Below, one piece after another: positions 36,995-46,631 of a stretch of 64,000 bases of DNA. Source of the DNA: Klebsiella phage vB_KpnM_KB57; the sequence record NC_028659.1; one strand, written 5' to 3'. Below the pieces are notes generated by a model, which worked only from the letters and a program-made list of their open reading frames with translations, did not search any database and had not been told where the DNA came from. Each line of letters opens with the position of its first letter. Within the stretch, counting starts at the first letter, position 1. The translations under genes were made by a program, and so were the position numbers.

Positions 36995-38674
36995 TTACAG
37001 TTGAGCGGCTGCGCGTTCACGAATCGTTGTCAGATCTTCATCGACAATAAGTTTACCGTTGTAGAACACACGACGCAGTTCGTTATCGTCAGACTGTACA
37101 TCTTCAAGCTGACAATTGTCAATCAGTTCTAACTGACCGAACATGTTGCGAACAACTTTGAGGAAACCTTTCGCAGATTTCTTACTGAGGTCGGTCTTAG
37201 GCTCTTTGACAACCATGATTTGCTGACCATCAATAACAGCGCCAGTTGCTTTCACAGCCATACCCAGTGAATCACGGGTTGTGTACTGGGTGGTAAAGGA
37301 ACCAACACCGTACACGATATTGCTGGATGCAAAGCCTTTATCTCTCAGACGTTCAAAGATGTCTTTTGCACGCGCGACAGTGATAGAATCACCGTAGATC
37401 AGACCAATATGACTATCAAGAACCTTATAGCCCTTGGAATTAACTTCACCACCGAAAATATCCCATAAACATTGGACTGCACCTACAGCTTCATGGTAAG
37501 GAACTTCATCTGTTTCATCAATAACATCAAAACCTGAAGACTGCTTGACACGATAGAACTTACCAAGAACCTGAACAAGTTCATATCCGGCTTCCGCATT
37601 GGCATCATAAGCTTCTTCAAAGCTTGCATAATCACCGCCATCTGTGTAGTAACCAGCAATGATATGCTCAGGGACACCGGAGTCCGGGCGGAATACAACA
37701 CGTCCATCGCGAGCCATGATTTCCTGTTTCAGGATCGCTGCTGCTTTGGTGATAATCGCCCAGAAGTCATAACTGTCTGCCACGTAGGAAACAAAACCTT
37801 TAGGGAAAATTTCCGTAATGTAGCGTTTCATGAATTCAACTTCAGCCAAGAAACGTGCTTCGTCCAGAGTCAGTTCCGGGTGTTCACCTTGTAGGCGACC
37901 GACGATAAATCCGATGTTCGTGGTTGCAACAGAGTGTTCAGATGCAGGAATAGAACCAGCAACGAACTTGCCTTTCATGTTGTAATAACGACGAGCATAC
38001 AGAATCGCTGGGATAGTGTCTGTACCCATAGAGTTGATCAGTTGACCGAATTCGCTCTGTGCTGCGTCGTGAGTACCAGCTTCACCGCGATATGCGAAGC
38101 AGTGGTTCTGGAATGCAACATGGTCGTTGTTATCACAGGTCTCAGCAGCCCATTTTTCAGACAGCTTGCGATACTGCCAGAACGTCGTTGCAGTTGTGAT
38201 AGTTTTCCAAGTTTCTGCGGAGATCACACTTTCCAGGAAGTTAGGCAACCAGTAAAAATCCGGGTGCGTATTCTGGATTGTAAACATTGGGACCTGAACC
38301 GGAGAAAGAGTTCCTTCTGGAAGAGCACGGATTTCCAGAGGAAGATAACCGAGATCATGAAGAGCCTCAAAGCCCCAGGTTTCTACCATGCCAATGCCGA
38401 TGCTGGAGTCGCAAACCTCACGATAATCAGCAACCGCTTCTTCTTTCGGGAGGTTGAAGAAGTTATTGTTGAACATGTCGATAAGGAACCACTTAATAAA
38501 TCCCTGAAGGCCAGCAAACATGACACGCTGGTCGTTATCAGCGAAGTGGATGAAGTGCTTCGCATTACGAGGGGTCATGTTATCCTGAACAATTTCAGAA
38601 CGTTTATCATACATGGAGATATGTGAAGGTTTGTAAAAGTCAGCGAACAGGATAGGACTTTCTTGATTAAGCAT
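36995..38674 (-). CDS. nadV: nicotinamide phosphoribosyltransferase (NAMPT/NadV)
   Basis: 559 aa from MLNQESPILFADFYKPSH (AAGGAG SD). NAMPT-like N-terminal signature FADFYK..H and a long conserved body; adjacent to a PRPP synthetase gene. Confidence 0.65.
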   Translation of the reverse strand: MLNQESPILFADFYKPSHISMYDKRSEIVQDNMTPRNAKHFIHFADNDQRVMFAGLQGFIKWFLIDMFNNNFFNLPKEEAVADYREVCDSSIGIGMVETWGFEALHDLGYLPLEIRALPEGTLSPVQVPMFTIQNTHPDFYWLPNFLESVISAETWKTITTATTFWQYRKLSEKWAAETCDNNDHVAFQNHCFAYRGEAGTHDAAQSEFGQLINSMGTDTIPAILYARRYYNMKGKFVAGSIPASEHSVATTNIGFIVGRLQGEHPELTLDEARFLAEVEFMKRYITEIFPKGFVSYVADSYDFWAIITKAAAILKQEIMARDGRVVFRPDSGVPEHIIAGYYTDGGDYASFEEAYDANAEAGYELVQVLGKFYRVKQSSGFDVIDETDEVPYHEAVGAVQCLWDIFGGEVNSKGYKVLDSHIGLIYGDSITVARAKDIFERLRDKGFASSNIVYGVGSFTTQYTTRDSLGMAVKATGAVIDGQQIMVVKEPKTDLSKKSAKGFLKVVRNMFGQLELIDNCQLEDVQSDDNELRRVFYNGKLIVDEDLTTIRERAAAQL

Positions 38675-38735
38675 GTTTTGTTTCTCCTTTGTTTGTTTAA
38701 TAGGGCGATTGTACGCCCACTTATTCATTTGTCAA

Positions 38736-39536
38736 TTAAAAGTTTTCGGTCCAGTCGTGGTACGCGTAGATTTCATCAACGCCGCCTTCGTAGATAACTT
38801 CTTTACCGAAGGAAAAGATACCGTGAGTTACGTAAAGAATAACACGTTTTGCTCCTTTTGCCTTCAATGCTTGTGCCAGGGCGATGAATGTGCGACCACC
38901 ATCGCAGATATCATCGACAATAACACACTCGCGGCCTTCAACATCACCGAAAACAGCAGTCCCGGTAATTTCATTTGTCTTCAGATCGCGCACTTTTCCA
39001 GCTTCCACCAGAGGGAGGCGGAGACGATCGGAAACTTTCTGAGCTTTTTTACGTGCTCCGGCGTCAGGTGCCACGATAACAACATCTTTTCCAACCAGGC
39101 CTTCATGGAATTCCGCAATAAGAGCATCCTGACCACGAATTTTAACGTTGTTAAGCAACGCAGCAGAGACATCGCTGTGCGGATCATCGACAATGACCTT
39201 GTCAAACCCAAGAGAGTTGACGATATTTGCGAAAACTTTGATGGATAACGCTTCACCAGGTTGCATTACGCGGTCCTGACGTGCATATGGGATGTACGGC
39301 AAGTGCAAAGTGAACTGTGCAGTATGATGGAGGCCTTCAAGGCGAGAACATGCATCAACCAACATGGCAAGTGCCATAACATCAGTAGAATTTTTAATTT
39401 TCGCAGTGATGTCTACGAAACCAATACCACCTTTCGGGGTATGCGCCATATCGATTCTAACCTGTTCTTCACCACCTTTGAACGTAAAGTGATCGACAGG
39501 AACTACCAGTTTGTTCAGACGAAGTTCTAAACTCAT
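38736..39536 (-). CDS. prs: ribose-phosphate pyrophosphokinase (PRPP synthetase)
   Basis: 266 aa; PRPP-binding loop VIVDDICDGGRT and the overall Prs layout. Confidence 0.6.
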   Translation of the reverse strand: MSLELRLNKLVVPVDHFTFKGGEEQVRIDMAHTPKGGIGFVDITAKIKNSTDVMALAMLVDACSRLEGLHHTAQFTLHLPYIPYARQDRVMQPGEALSIKVFANIVNSLGFDKVIVDDPHSDVSAALLNNVKIRGQDALIAEFHEGLVGKDVVIVAPDAGARKKAQKVSDRLRLPLVEAGKVRDLKTNEITGTAVFGDVEGRECVIVDDICDGGRTFIALAQALKAKGAKRVILYVTHGIFSFGKEVIYEGGVDEIYAYHDWTENF

Positions 39537-39907
39537 TTCATATATCCTCTATTAACAATTATGTAATGTCTAGGTTTTGCATTCCCATTTGAATCCTGAA
39601 AACCAGAACGTATCCTTCGAATGTATCCAAGAGACTCCATCTTTGTCAAGAACTCTGATACTTTCGGTTGTGACTTTTCGCTCAACCCAAACAGATGACA
39701 CAAAGATTTTTGAGATGGGTAAAAAACTTCATCGCCACCATCTGGGTTTAGACTCTTGAAGTAATCATACCTCCACCAAAGCTTGATTAATCTTTGCAAA
39801 TCTTGGGGTGAGAGACGATCATCAAAAAGCCACTGCGTCGGAATGGTGACATATGCCCCATCTCTGATATTCACAGTGTTGTCACCAATCTTTATCTCCA
39901 CCACCAT
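39533..39907 (-). CDS. hypothetical protein, possible winged-helix regulator
   Basis: 124 aa; first gene of the minus-strand transcription unit, next to the operator-like palindromes. Confidence 0.25.
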   Translation of the reverse strand: MVVEIKIGDNTVNIRDGAYVTIPTQWLFDDRLSPQDLQRLIKLWWRYDYFKSLNPDGGDEVFYPSQKSLCHLFGLSEKSQPKVSEFLTKMESLGYIRRIRSGFQDSNGNAKPRHYIIVNRGYMK

Positions 39908-39974
39908 CTCCTATTTATTCCGCGATAGGTATAATTAGAGCCTACACCACTAAATCAATACTGTCAACTCTAAT

Positions 39975-40016
39975 TATTCCCGATTAGGAATATCTAATTA
40001 TTCCCGAAAAGGAATA
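39975..40016. promoter_or_regulatory. tandem operator-like palindromes TATTCCcgNNNNGGAATA x2
   Basis: tattcccgattaggaata and tattcccgaaaaggaata, 6-bp inverted arms with a 6-nt spacer, 24-bp periodicity, in the divergent intergenic region. A third palindrome agagtataaatactct lies at about 40099-40115. Confidence 0.4.
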
Positions 40017-40177
40017 CAATACTAACTTATCATTTAAACTAACTTATGATCTTTAAAAACAATAAAACATAAGATCTAAAACAAGATCTTTTACTACAGA
40101 GTATAAATACTCTATATCATAGAGTCGGTGACTCGATGAGTTGGATTATCGTATGAAGAAAAGATGATGTCAAGTGT

Positions 40178-40205
40178 TGACATGAAATTTTTAACGTGTA
40201 GAATC
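40178..40205 (+). promoter_or_regulatory. sigma70-like early promoter for plus-strand operon
   Basis: TTGACA - 16 nt - TAGAAT, about 25 nt upstream of the AAAGGAGATTGTT SD and start. Confidence 0.5.
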
Positions 40206-40229
40206 TAGGTAATGTTAAAGGAGATTGTT

Positions 40230-40553
40230 ATGTTTTCAAGTAAAGAAACAAAAGTTATCGGTGAAATGGTCTGTGGTAAGCCACGACGGAAACCGGAGCA
40301 GACCGATGAAGAGAATACCAAGTTGATGATGATACGTGAAGTGTATCATGAATGTGGTGAAGACCACAATGTGTGCGTGGTATTACCAGATGGTATACCT
40401 GTTGACAAGTTCTTCGATAACTTCTATGCTTCAATAAAGTCGAGACTAGCTCGACGTAATGTGTGTGTAACATATTCAAAGGACTTGACTGTGGAACACA
40501 TCGAGAACAACATTGTTGTGGTGGATCTAAGTGAAATCCATGTAACGCTCTAG
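40230..40553 (+). CDS. hypothetical early protein
   Basis: ORF-track frame; the internal ATG at 40230 has a strong SD (the annotated first ATG is at 40212). Confidence 0.35.
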   Translation: MFSSKETKVIGEMVCGKPRRKPEQTDEENTKLMMIREVYHECGEDHNVCVVLPDGIPVDKFFDNFYASIKSRLARRNVCVTYSKDLTVEHIENNIVVVDLSEIHVTL

Positions 40554-40670
40554 AACGTGTTCTAAGGCGTTTTAATGGTGTGGTAGTACACTTGGGTTAC
40601 CAACCCATATTAAATTAAATACAGGGCCTCCCAGAGGCTCTGAGAGGTATTGTGGAGGATTATTTTGGAT

Positions 40671-40940
40671 ATGAAGAGCATTACCCGTGATGACTCCATC
40701 TATAAAGGTGCTTATCTAGCTCTGAGAGACATCATGAAGTCTATGGAGAAAAAGTATGGTGTGAAACTGTACTTAGATAGCCGGGTAGACTGGGGAAAGA
40801 CATGGATGGATGCTTCAGTTTACATTCATGGTGATAGGCATATCGTTAACCTGGTGTGTATGAAACTTATTGTGTGGCAGCATTACCAGAAAATAAGGGA
40901 TGGAATTCTTTTCGCCTACCCCGCTGAGGATATGAAATGA
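40671..40940 (+). CDS. hypothetical protein
   Basis: ATG with GGAGGA upstream; 89 aa. Confidence 0.3.
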   Translation: MKSITRDDSIYKGAYLALRDIMKSMEKKYGVKLYLDSRVDWGKTWMDASVYIHGDRHIVNLVCMKLIVWQHYQKIRDGILFAYPAEDMK

Positions 40941-41221
40941 AGAAAGATATCAAGAAACCTGTCAAGGAAAAGTTTGATACCTCTGCATTTGTGTTCACAA
41001 CCGATGTGGGTGTGATTAAAGATGCTCTACAGCAACTGCATGAACAGGAGGAAGACCGTGAATCGGAACCACTAACAAGGGATCAGATCTATTGGATGGG
41101 TTGGTGGGAGCTTAACATGCCGGAGGTTGATCGTCGCGGGTTAACACATGTATTGACATGTGCTCAGGAAAATGCTGCACTGGGTCTGTATAAGAAAACT
41201 ACGAAGAGGAAGAAAAAATGA
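40937..41221 (+). CDS. hypothetical protein
   Basis: 94 aa; ATGA overlap coupling. Confidence 0.3.
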   Translation: MKKDIKKPVKEKFDTSAFVFTTDVGVIKDALQQLHEQEEDRESEPLTRDQIYWMGWWELNMPEVDRRGLTHVLTCAQENAALGLYKKTTKRKKK

Positions 41222-41457
41222 GCAGACTTGCAAAACTAAACAGAAGAAAGAAAATGTTGAAAGAGAAGCAGAAAAACATCACGGCTACTTTCCAAGTATG
41301 CCGAGAGGCTATGAAGGCAAATTTGATAACACCTTCGCAGAGACAGTTGATCCGTGATATTCTTCGTCCTGTACTCCACGACCTTGAAGGTGAAGTTCGT
41401 GATGTTACACTTCATATTCAAGAGGAACTTGTAAAAAGATATCAGGAGGATACATGA
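41218..41457 (+). CDS. hypothetical protein
   Basis: 79 aa, basic N-terminus. Confidence 0.3.
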   Translation: MSRLAKLNRRKKMLKEKQKNITATFQVCREAMKANLITPSQRQLIRDILRPVLHDLEGEVRDVTLHIQEELVKRYQEDT

Positions 41458-42047
41458 TCGACCACGTCACGTCAGACACGCATTGGTGGCATACCAACAT
41501 CCTTGGTTTCCCATCGTGTGATAAATTCCGTAAGAACCTGTACGGTCCAAAAGAAGACCGTGAAAGTCTGTATGCCATGAATGCAGGCATGATTGAAATC
41601 TGGAATAAGCACGTCAAACCAGATGATGTCGTAGCACATCTTGGTGATTTCGTGATTGCTTACGGACGCTATATTGAGCCTCGTGTTCGTGACATCCTTG
41701 AAAAGATCAACGGAAAGATCATTCTCGTTGGTGGAAATCACGATAACCGTGATACGAAACGTATCTTCCGTGAGTTTGGTCATGAAGTTGTTGATTATAA
41801 AGAGATTGACTTTAGCACAGGGAAAGAGAAGGTGCGGGTATGTATGTCTCACTATCCGTTTGCATCGTGGAACAAAGCACACCACGGGTCAGTTATGTTG
41901 CACGGGCATAGCCACGGCTCCTATACGGCCCCTGGTGGACGTATTCTGGATGTTGGCTGGGATGTACATGGTCGTCCTCTTACGATGCGTGAAGCCGTCC
42001 TGATGTGCCTCAAAAAACCAATCTACACTGCTGACCACGGAGAATAA
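41454..42047 (+). CDS. calcineurin-like metallophosphoesterase (Ser/Thr or polynucleotide 2',3'-phosphatase)
   Basis: Motifs HLGDF (GDxx), VGGNHDNRD (GNHD), LHGHSHGS (GHxH); 197 aa. Confidence 0.55.
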   Translation: MIDHVTSDTHWWHTNILGFPSCDKFRKNLYGPKEDRESLYAMNAGMIEIWNKHVKPDDVVAHLGDFVIAYGRYIEPRVRDILEKINGKIILVGGNHDNRDTKRIFREFGHEVVDYKEIDFSTGKEKVRVCMSHYPFASWNKAHHGSVMLHGHSHGSYTAPGGRILDVGWDVHGRPLTMREAVLMCLKKPIYTADHGE

Positions 42048-42048
42048 G

Positions 42049-42405
42049 ATGCATAACAAAGAACGGAATTTCATAGCACGTAACACGGCGAAGTCTTTCT
42101 TCGCCACTATTCATATCGCCGGGGACTATACTCAGGCAAAGAATCTTTGTCGTCAGTGGGTTATGCAAGGTGCTTGTGTGCAGATTTCCCCATGCACTTA
42201 TATCTACACAGGCGGTGCGGAAGAGGGTATGACTGTTCGGTTAATGCAGTATCCGCGTTTCCAGAGAACTGAGATTGAAATCCTTGAGATGGCTCGGGAG
42301 TTGGGAACTTACCTCGCTCAAGAGCTTTGCCAGATCAGTTTCAGTATTGAAACACCTTACAATACCACTTATTACCAAGCTGAGGGATACGATAAGCGCT
42401 CATGA
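42049..42405 (+). CDS. hypothetical protein
   Basis: 118 aa; SD GGAGAATAAG. Confidence 0.3.
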   Translation: MHNKERNFIARNTAKSFFATIHIAGDYTQAKNLCRQWVMQGACVQISPCTYIYTGGAEEGMTVRLMQYPRFQRTEIEILEMARELGTYLAQELCQISFSIETPYNTTYYQAEGYDKRS

Positions 42406-42605
42406 AAATACACAACATAACCAAAGACAGGATTCATTTCATAATGGATTCAGGAGCTTACGGATCTATCTCCAAGGCAGATGCCATGAAATTTCTGTAT
42501 GCTTCAAATATTCCTCAGGCAAAGCTTGACTCCCGTTCAGGAGAGTGTATTATTGACTCTATCACGAATATACAAGACCTGTGGGAGATATATCATGAAG
42601 TTTAA
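42402..42605 (+). CDS. hypothetical protein
   Basis: 67 aa. Confidence 0.25.
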   Translation: MKIHNITKDRIHFIMDSGAYGSISKADAMKFLYASNIPQAKLDSRSGECIIDSITNIQDLWEIYHEV

Positions 42606-43557
42606 TGTTGACGATCTGGTCGCTAAAAATCTGGTAACCAAAAAGACTTACACCGAAGGCCCGTTCGCGGGTCTGTCTGTGCTGAAGTATAAGAACAATG
42701 TGTTCTGGGATAACCTGTGGCATACTGACCCACGCCTGCTTGAGTGCCGTGGCATGGTTGTTGATTCAGAAGACAACGTGATTATCTGGCCTTTCACTAA
42801 GATTTTCAACCGCTTCGAGAATGGAACTGACCTTCCTCTTGACAAACCGGTTGTTTGTTCCCGCAAGGTCAATGGTTTTATGGCCACAGCGGCAATACAC
42901 AAAGACAAGCTCCTCGTTTCAACAACAGGGACATTGGATTCTGAGTTTTCAGAATTGGCTCGTAAGTACCTCGAAAAAATGAATTTTGATCTGATTTCTT
43001 TCCGTGAAGATTACACTTTCATTTTCGAAATATGCGATAGCAGCGACCCACATATTGTGGAAGAGAAAGAAGGTGCTTATCTGATTGGTGTCCGTGACCT
43101 CGCTTTAAACGGTGTTATGGTTGAAGAGCACAAACTTGATCGCATCGCTGAAGTGATCGGTGCAAAACGTCCTCAATGGGATGTCCGTGCATTTGGCGAT
43201 GTCGTTGCAGCCAGTCATGCTGTTAGCCACGAAGGTTTTGTTGTCCGAAATATCGGGACAGATGACGAAAATAGCGAACTACTTTTGAAAATCAAGTCCC
43301 CACATTACCTGGCGAAGAAATTCCTGATGCGTGGAGGTGATAACAAGTGGGATATGATCTGGGATAACCCGAAAGAGGCCAAGAAGCGTATTGACGAAGA
43401 GTATTACGAGTTGCTAGACCATATTCGTGAGTATTACTCTAAAGATGTTTGGTCCGCGATGGATTCTCAAAAACGACGTCAGGTTGTTGAAGATTACTTC
43501 GCTATCGAAGACATGTTTGATCGTGGTAGTCGTTTTTATGTTGGGGTTCCAAAATGA
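42595..43557 (+). CDS. RNA ligase (Rnl2-like nucleotidyltransferase ligase)
   Basis: Start at MKFNVDD (GGGAGA SD). Motif I RKVNGF (KxNG as in Rnl2 KIHG), motif III-like FIFEICD, motif IV HEGFVVRN, motif V LLLKIK. Confidence 0.5.
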   Translation: MKFNVDDLVAKNLVTKKTYTEGPFAGLSVLKYKNNVFWDNLWHTDPRLLECRGMVVDSEDNVIIWPFTKIFNRFENGTDLPLDKPVVCSRKVNGFMATAAIHKDKLLVSTTGTLDSEFSELARKYLEKMNFDLISFREDYTFIFEICDSSDPHIVEEKEGAYLIGVRDLALNGVMVEEHKLDRIAEVIGAKRPQWDVRAFGDVVAASHAVSHEGFVVRNIGTDDENSELLLKIKSPHYLAKKFLMRGGDNKWDMIWDNPKEAKKRIDEEYYELLDHIREYYSKDVWSAMDSQKRRQVVEDYFAIEDMFDRGSRFYVGVPK

Positions 43558-43898
43558 TTATCTGGCTTGATGACCTGAGAGATCCAAAAGACTACGGGTA
43601 TCCTGATGCCTTGTGGTTCAAGACCTCTCAGAAATTTATGGACTTTCTGGACAACAGGTCAAAGTTCTATCGTTATGTCACAGAGTGGCATTTCGATAAT
43701 GACCTTGGGGAAGGGTCAGAAATGGAGGGCTATGACTGCCTGTTGGCCTTGGAAGAGAAGCTTGTGTATGGAAAACTTCCTGTGCATGATGCTAAACTCT
43801 ATGTCCACACGTCTAACCCTTCTGCGGCACAAAAGTTCATGCTTGCAAAAGAGAGCTTCTTGAAGTATCGTATCACGATCTTAAGAAACAATTACTGA
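43554..43898 (+). CDS. hypothetical protein
   Basis: 114 aa. Confidence 0.3.
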   Translation: MIIWLDDLRDPKDYGYPDALWFKTSQKFMDFLDNRSKFYRYVTEWHFDNDLGEGSEMEGYDCLLALEEKLVYGKLPVHDAKLYVHTSNPSAAQKFMLAKESFLKYRITILRNNY

Positions 43899-43907
43899 GG
43901 AGAAGAG

Positions 43908-44312
43908 ATGGAAAAGACTCTGATTATCCTGCGTGGTGTGTCTGGTGCGGGTAAGTCTACAGTTGCTGAGACAATCGCTGGTAAAGCATGGCCTGTGTTT
44001 GAGGCCGATAAATACCATTATCGGGACGGGGTTTACGACTGGAAGCCTGAAAACATGGCTGTTGCTCATAAGTGGTGTCAAGAACAGGTACGTGAGGCTA
44101 TGGTGTGCCGTATTGCAAAAATTATCGTATCCAACACTTCGACAACAGAGAAGGAACTAAAACCCTACATTGCCCTTGCTGATGAGCACGGATACCAAGT
44201 TATTAGCTTGGTGGTCGAGAATAGGCATGGTAATGATTCTATTCACAATGTTCCGCAGGAAACTCGTGATGCTCAAGAGCTTCGTCTGCGTAACTCATTG
44301 AAATTACAGTAA
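43908..44312 (+). CDS. P-loop polynucleotide kinase-like protein
   Basis: Walker A ILRGVSGAGKST at the N-terminus; 134 aa, Pnk kinase/AAA_33-like size. Confidence 0.45.
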   Translation: MEKTLIILRGVSGAGKSTVAETIAGKAWPVFEADKYHYRDGVYDWKPENMAVAHKWCQEQVREAMVCRIAKIIVSNTSTTEKELKPYIALADEHGYQVISLVVENRHGNDSIHNVPQETRDAQELRLRNSLKLQ

Positions 44313-44320
44313 GGAAAGAT

Positions 44321-44545
44321 ATGTATAAAGGAAATAACCTACGGGAATCGTTCGAAAATTGGTGGGACTCTCTTAGCGATCCTTGGTCAACACCAGAAGC
44401 AAAATCTGCTGCATGGGAAGCCTGGAAGTTTTCAAATTTACGAGTTCTTAATAAAATTCGTTATATGAAAGGTATTACCGAGCGGTGCAATGGTTATAAT
44501 GAGGCTATGAATGAGATAAATAATGTTATAGGGGAAAATCCATGA
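44321..44545 (+). CDS. hypothetical protein
   Basis: 74 aa. Confidence 0.25.
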   Translation: MYKGNNLRESFENWWDSLSDPWSTPEAKSAAWEAWKFSNLRVLNKIRYMKGITERCNGYNEAMNEINNVIGENP

Positions 44546-45318
44546 GACGTCTTATCGTTATAAGTGGTGCTGGCTTCTCTGCGGAGAGTGGTGTACGTAC
44601 ATTCCGCACAGATACTGAATCTGGTAAAGCCCTGTGGGATGAATACGACCTTGAGGAGGTTTGTAACATACACGCCTTCCGTGGTAACTTCTACCATAAA
44701 ACGCACATGTTTTATAACAAGCGTCGTGCAGAGTTACCAACGGTACATCCGAATGCGGCGCATCTTCGCGTGGCTGAGTGGTACAGACGTTATCCTGGGC
44801 AGGTTGTTAACATGACAACTAACGTTGATGACCTTCTGGAACGTGCGGGTGTCCCTAAAGAAGATACTCTTTACATCCACGGGTATCTGAAAGAAATTCG
44901 ATACAAGCTCCATGAAGATTCTGAAGAGCAGTTGGTTGACATCGGTTACGATGAGGTAGACCCCGACCAATTTCATTGGTGTAAACCAAACGTAGTTTTC
45001 TTTGGTGAGAATGCTCCGGCCTATGGCCCTATGAATGATACCTTGGAGTCATTGACAAATCAGGATCTTGTAATTGTTGTAGGCTGTTCAAATACAGTTA
45101 TTAACTTCAACTGGGAGTTGTTCCCTGCGGTTATGCGGGGGACCAAAGTTGTTGTTGTTAATCCTGCTATTAGGTATGATGAACAAATGATGTATGAGAA
45201 TGCGGGTGTTCTTGTATATCGTACCGGAGCTGTTGATGCCTTTAATAATCCAGGCCTTATCAAGATAGTTGAGAATCACCTTGAAGGTAAGACACCATTG
45301 CAAAGCAAGGAGAAATAA
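44542..45318 (+). CDS. Sir2-family NAD-dependent deacylase / ADP-ribosyltransferase
   Basis: Sirtuin Rossmann signature ISGAGFSAESGVRTFR (GAGxSxxSGIPxFR), NVDDLLE and VVVNP motifs; 258 aa. Confidence 0.6.
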   Translation: MRRLIVISGAGFSAESGVRTFRTDTESGKALWDEYDLEEVCNIHAFRGNFYHKTHMFYNKRRAELPTVHPNAAHLRVAEWYRRYPGQVVNMTTNVDDLLERAGVPKEDTLYIHGYLKEIRYKLHEDSEEQLVDIGYDEVDPDQFHWCKPNVVFFGENAPAYGPMNDTLESLTNQDLVIVVGCSNTVINFNWELFPAVMRGTKVVVVNPAIRYDEQMMYENAGVLVYRTGAVDAFNNPGLIKIVENHLEGKTPLQSKEK

Positions 45319-46631
45319 TGCAACAAGTAAACAGTACACTGTACGCCCTTAATAAAGATGGTTCTTTCCAGTGTTGGAAGGTGTTTATTGCTGGTAATCA
45401 GGTAGTTGTAGAGTTTGGCAAGGTTGGTGGTAAGAAGCAACAAAAGGTTACCACCTGTGAACCGAAGAACGTTGGACGTTCTAACGAAACCACCGCAGAA
45501 CAGCAGGCATTGGCTGAGGCGGTTTCCAAATGGGAGAAACAGGTTCGCCTTGGATATCGTGACGATACAAGTAAGCTTGAGCAGGAAGAGAACTTCTCCC
45601 CAATGCTGGCCCATGATGCAACTAAACGTTCAAAATCAATAGTTTATCCTGCATACGTGCAACCTAAGCTCGATGGTGTACGTGCTCTGGTTACTCTTGA
45701 TGCAGATGGCTTCCCACAATTCAATAGCCGTGGTAACAAACTGTATCCTGTACCGCTTGATTCTGAGTTGTCTGAACAGGTTAAATCCCTTTCTGAGCAT
45801 TCAGGGTTTGACAAATTCGATGGGGAGCTGTACATTCATGGTCTGAGTCTGCAAAAGATTGTCGCTCTTGCTAAGAAGTGGCGTACACCAGAGCAGATCG
45901 AGGAAGAGATTGAAAAGGATTATCAGTCTGACCTGAAGCGCCATCAGAAAGCTATTGACAATGGGGAAGACAGTTGGAAAGATTTCGATGGTGATGTTTA
46001 CTCTGTCGCGATCGAACCAGTTAAAGATGTTGATCGTTATGGCGGCTATTCAAGCCTTGACCTAGAGTACCATATCTTTGACATTCCGTGTTCAAATAAA
46101 CCCTGGATGATTAACGATGGGATTTCAGACTATACAGATAAGGAGTGTCGATACAAAGACCTTATGGACACTGACCACTTCACCTCTGTTATTAAAGCAG
46201 ATAAAATAAATGTGGTCCAAGGTAATGTCTTTGACACTGAGGATGAGGTTAAGCAATCAATCGGACATTTTATGCAGCAAGGCTTTGAGGGTGCTATCAT
46301 CCGAAATTTCAAAGGTGTCTATGAATTTGGTCAGCGATCTTCTGATCTCCAGAAATGGAAACTTTTCCAAGACGGCGAGGCTAAAGTCCTTGATTCTGTG
46401 GAAGATAAGAACGGTGAGGGTGTATTACTCTGCGAAGAGAAAGATGGTACACGTTTCAACTGTAAAATGAAGGGAACCCACGCAGAGAGATCTCAGGAAC
46501 GAATGCTCCTGCTGGTGGGTAAGTTTATTAACTTCACGTTCCAAGCTAGAACTGATGATGGTGTTCCTCAGTTCCCTGTGGGCCAAAGCGTTCGTGAACT
46601 CGATACATTAACATGGGAGCCTGTATACTAA
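45318..46631 (+). CDS. ATP-dependent DNA ligase
   Basis: Motif I KLDGVR, motif III FDGELYIHG, motif IV EGAIIRN, motif V LQKWK; 437 aa. Confidence 0.65.
   Translation: MQQVNSTLYALNKDGSFQCWKVFIAGNQVVVEFGKVGGKKQQKVTTCEPKNVGRSNETTAEQQALAEAVSKWEKQVRLGYRDDTSKLEQEENFSPMLAHDATKRSKSIVYPAYVQPKLDGVRALVTLDADGFPQFNSRGNKLYPVPLDSELSEQVKSLSEHSGFDKFDGELYIHGLSLQKIVALAKKWRTPEQIEEEIEKDYQSDLKRHQKAIDNGEDSWKDFDGDVYSVAIEPVKDVDRYGGYSSLDLEYHIFDIPCSNKPWMINDGISDYTDKECRYKDLMDTDHFTSVIKADKINVVQGNVFDTEDEVKQSIGHFMQQGFEGAIIRNFKGVYEFGQRSSDLQKWKLFQDGEAKVLDSVEDKNGEGVLLCEEKDGTRFNCKMKGTHAERSQERMLLLVGKFINFTFQARTDDGVPQFPVGQSVRELDTLTWEPVY

Noticed and set aside
38701-38725. GGGCG-UACAAU-CGCCC hairpin between prs and nadV
   Set aside because: Followed by only a weak U-tract (UAUUAAAC); could be an attenuator or stability element, but evidence for a terminator is insufficient.
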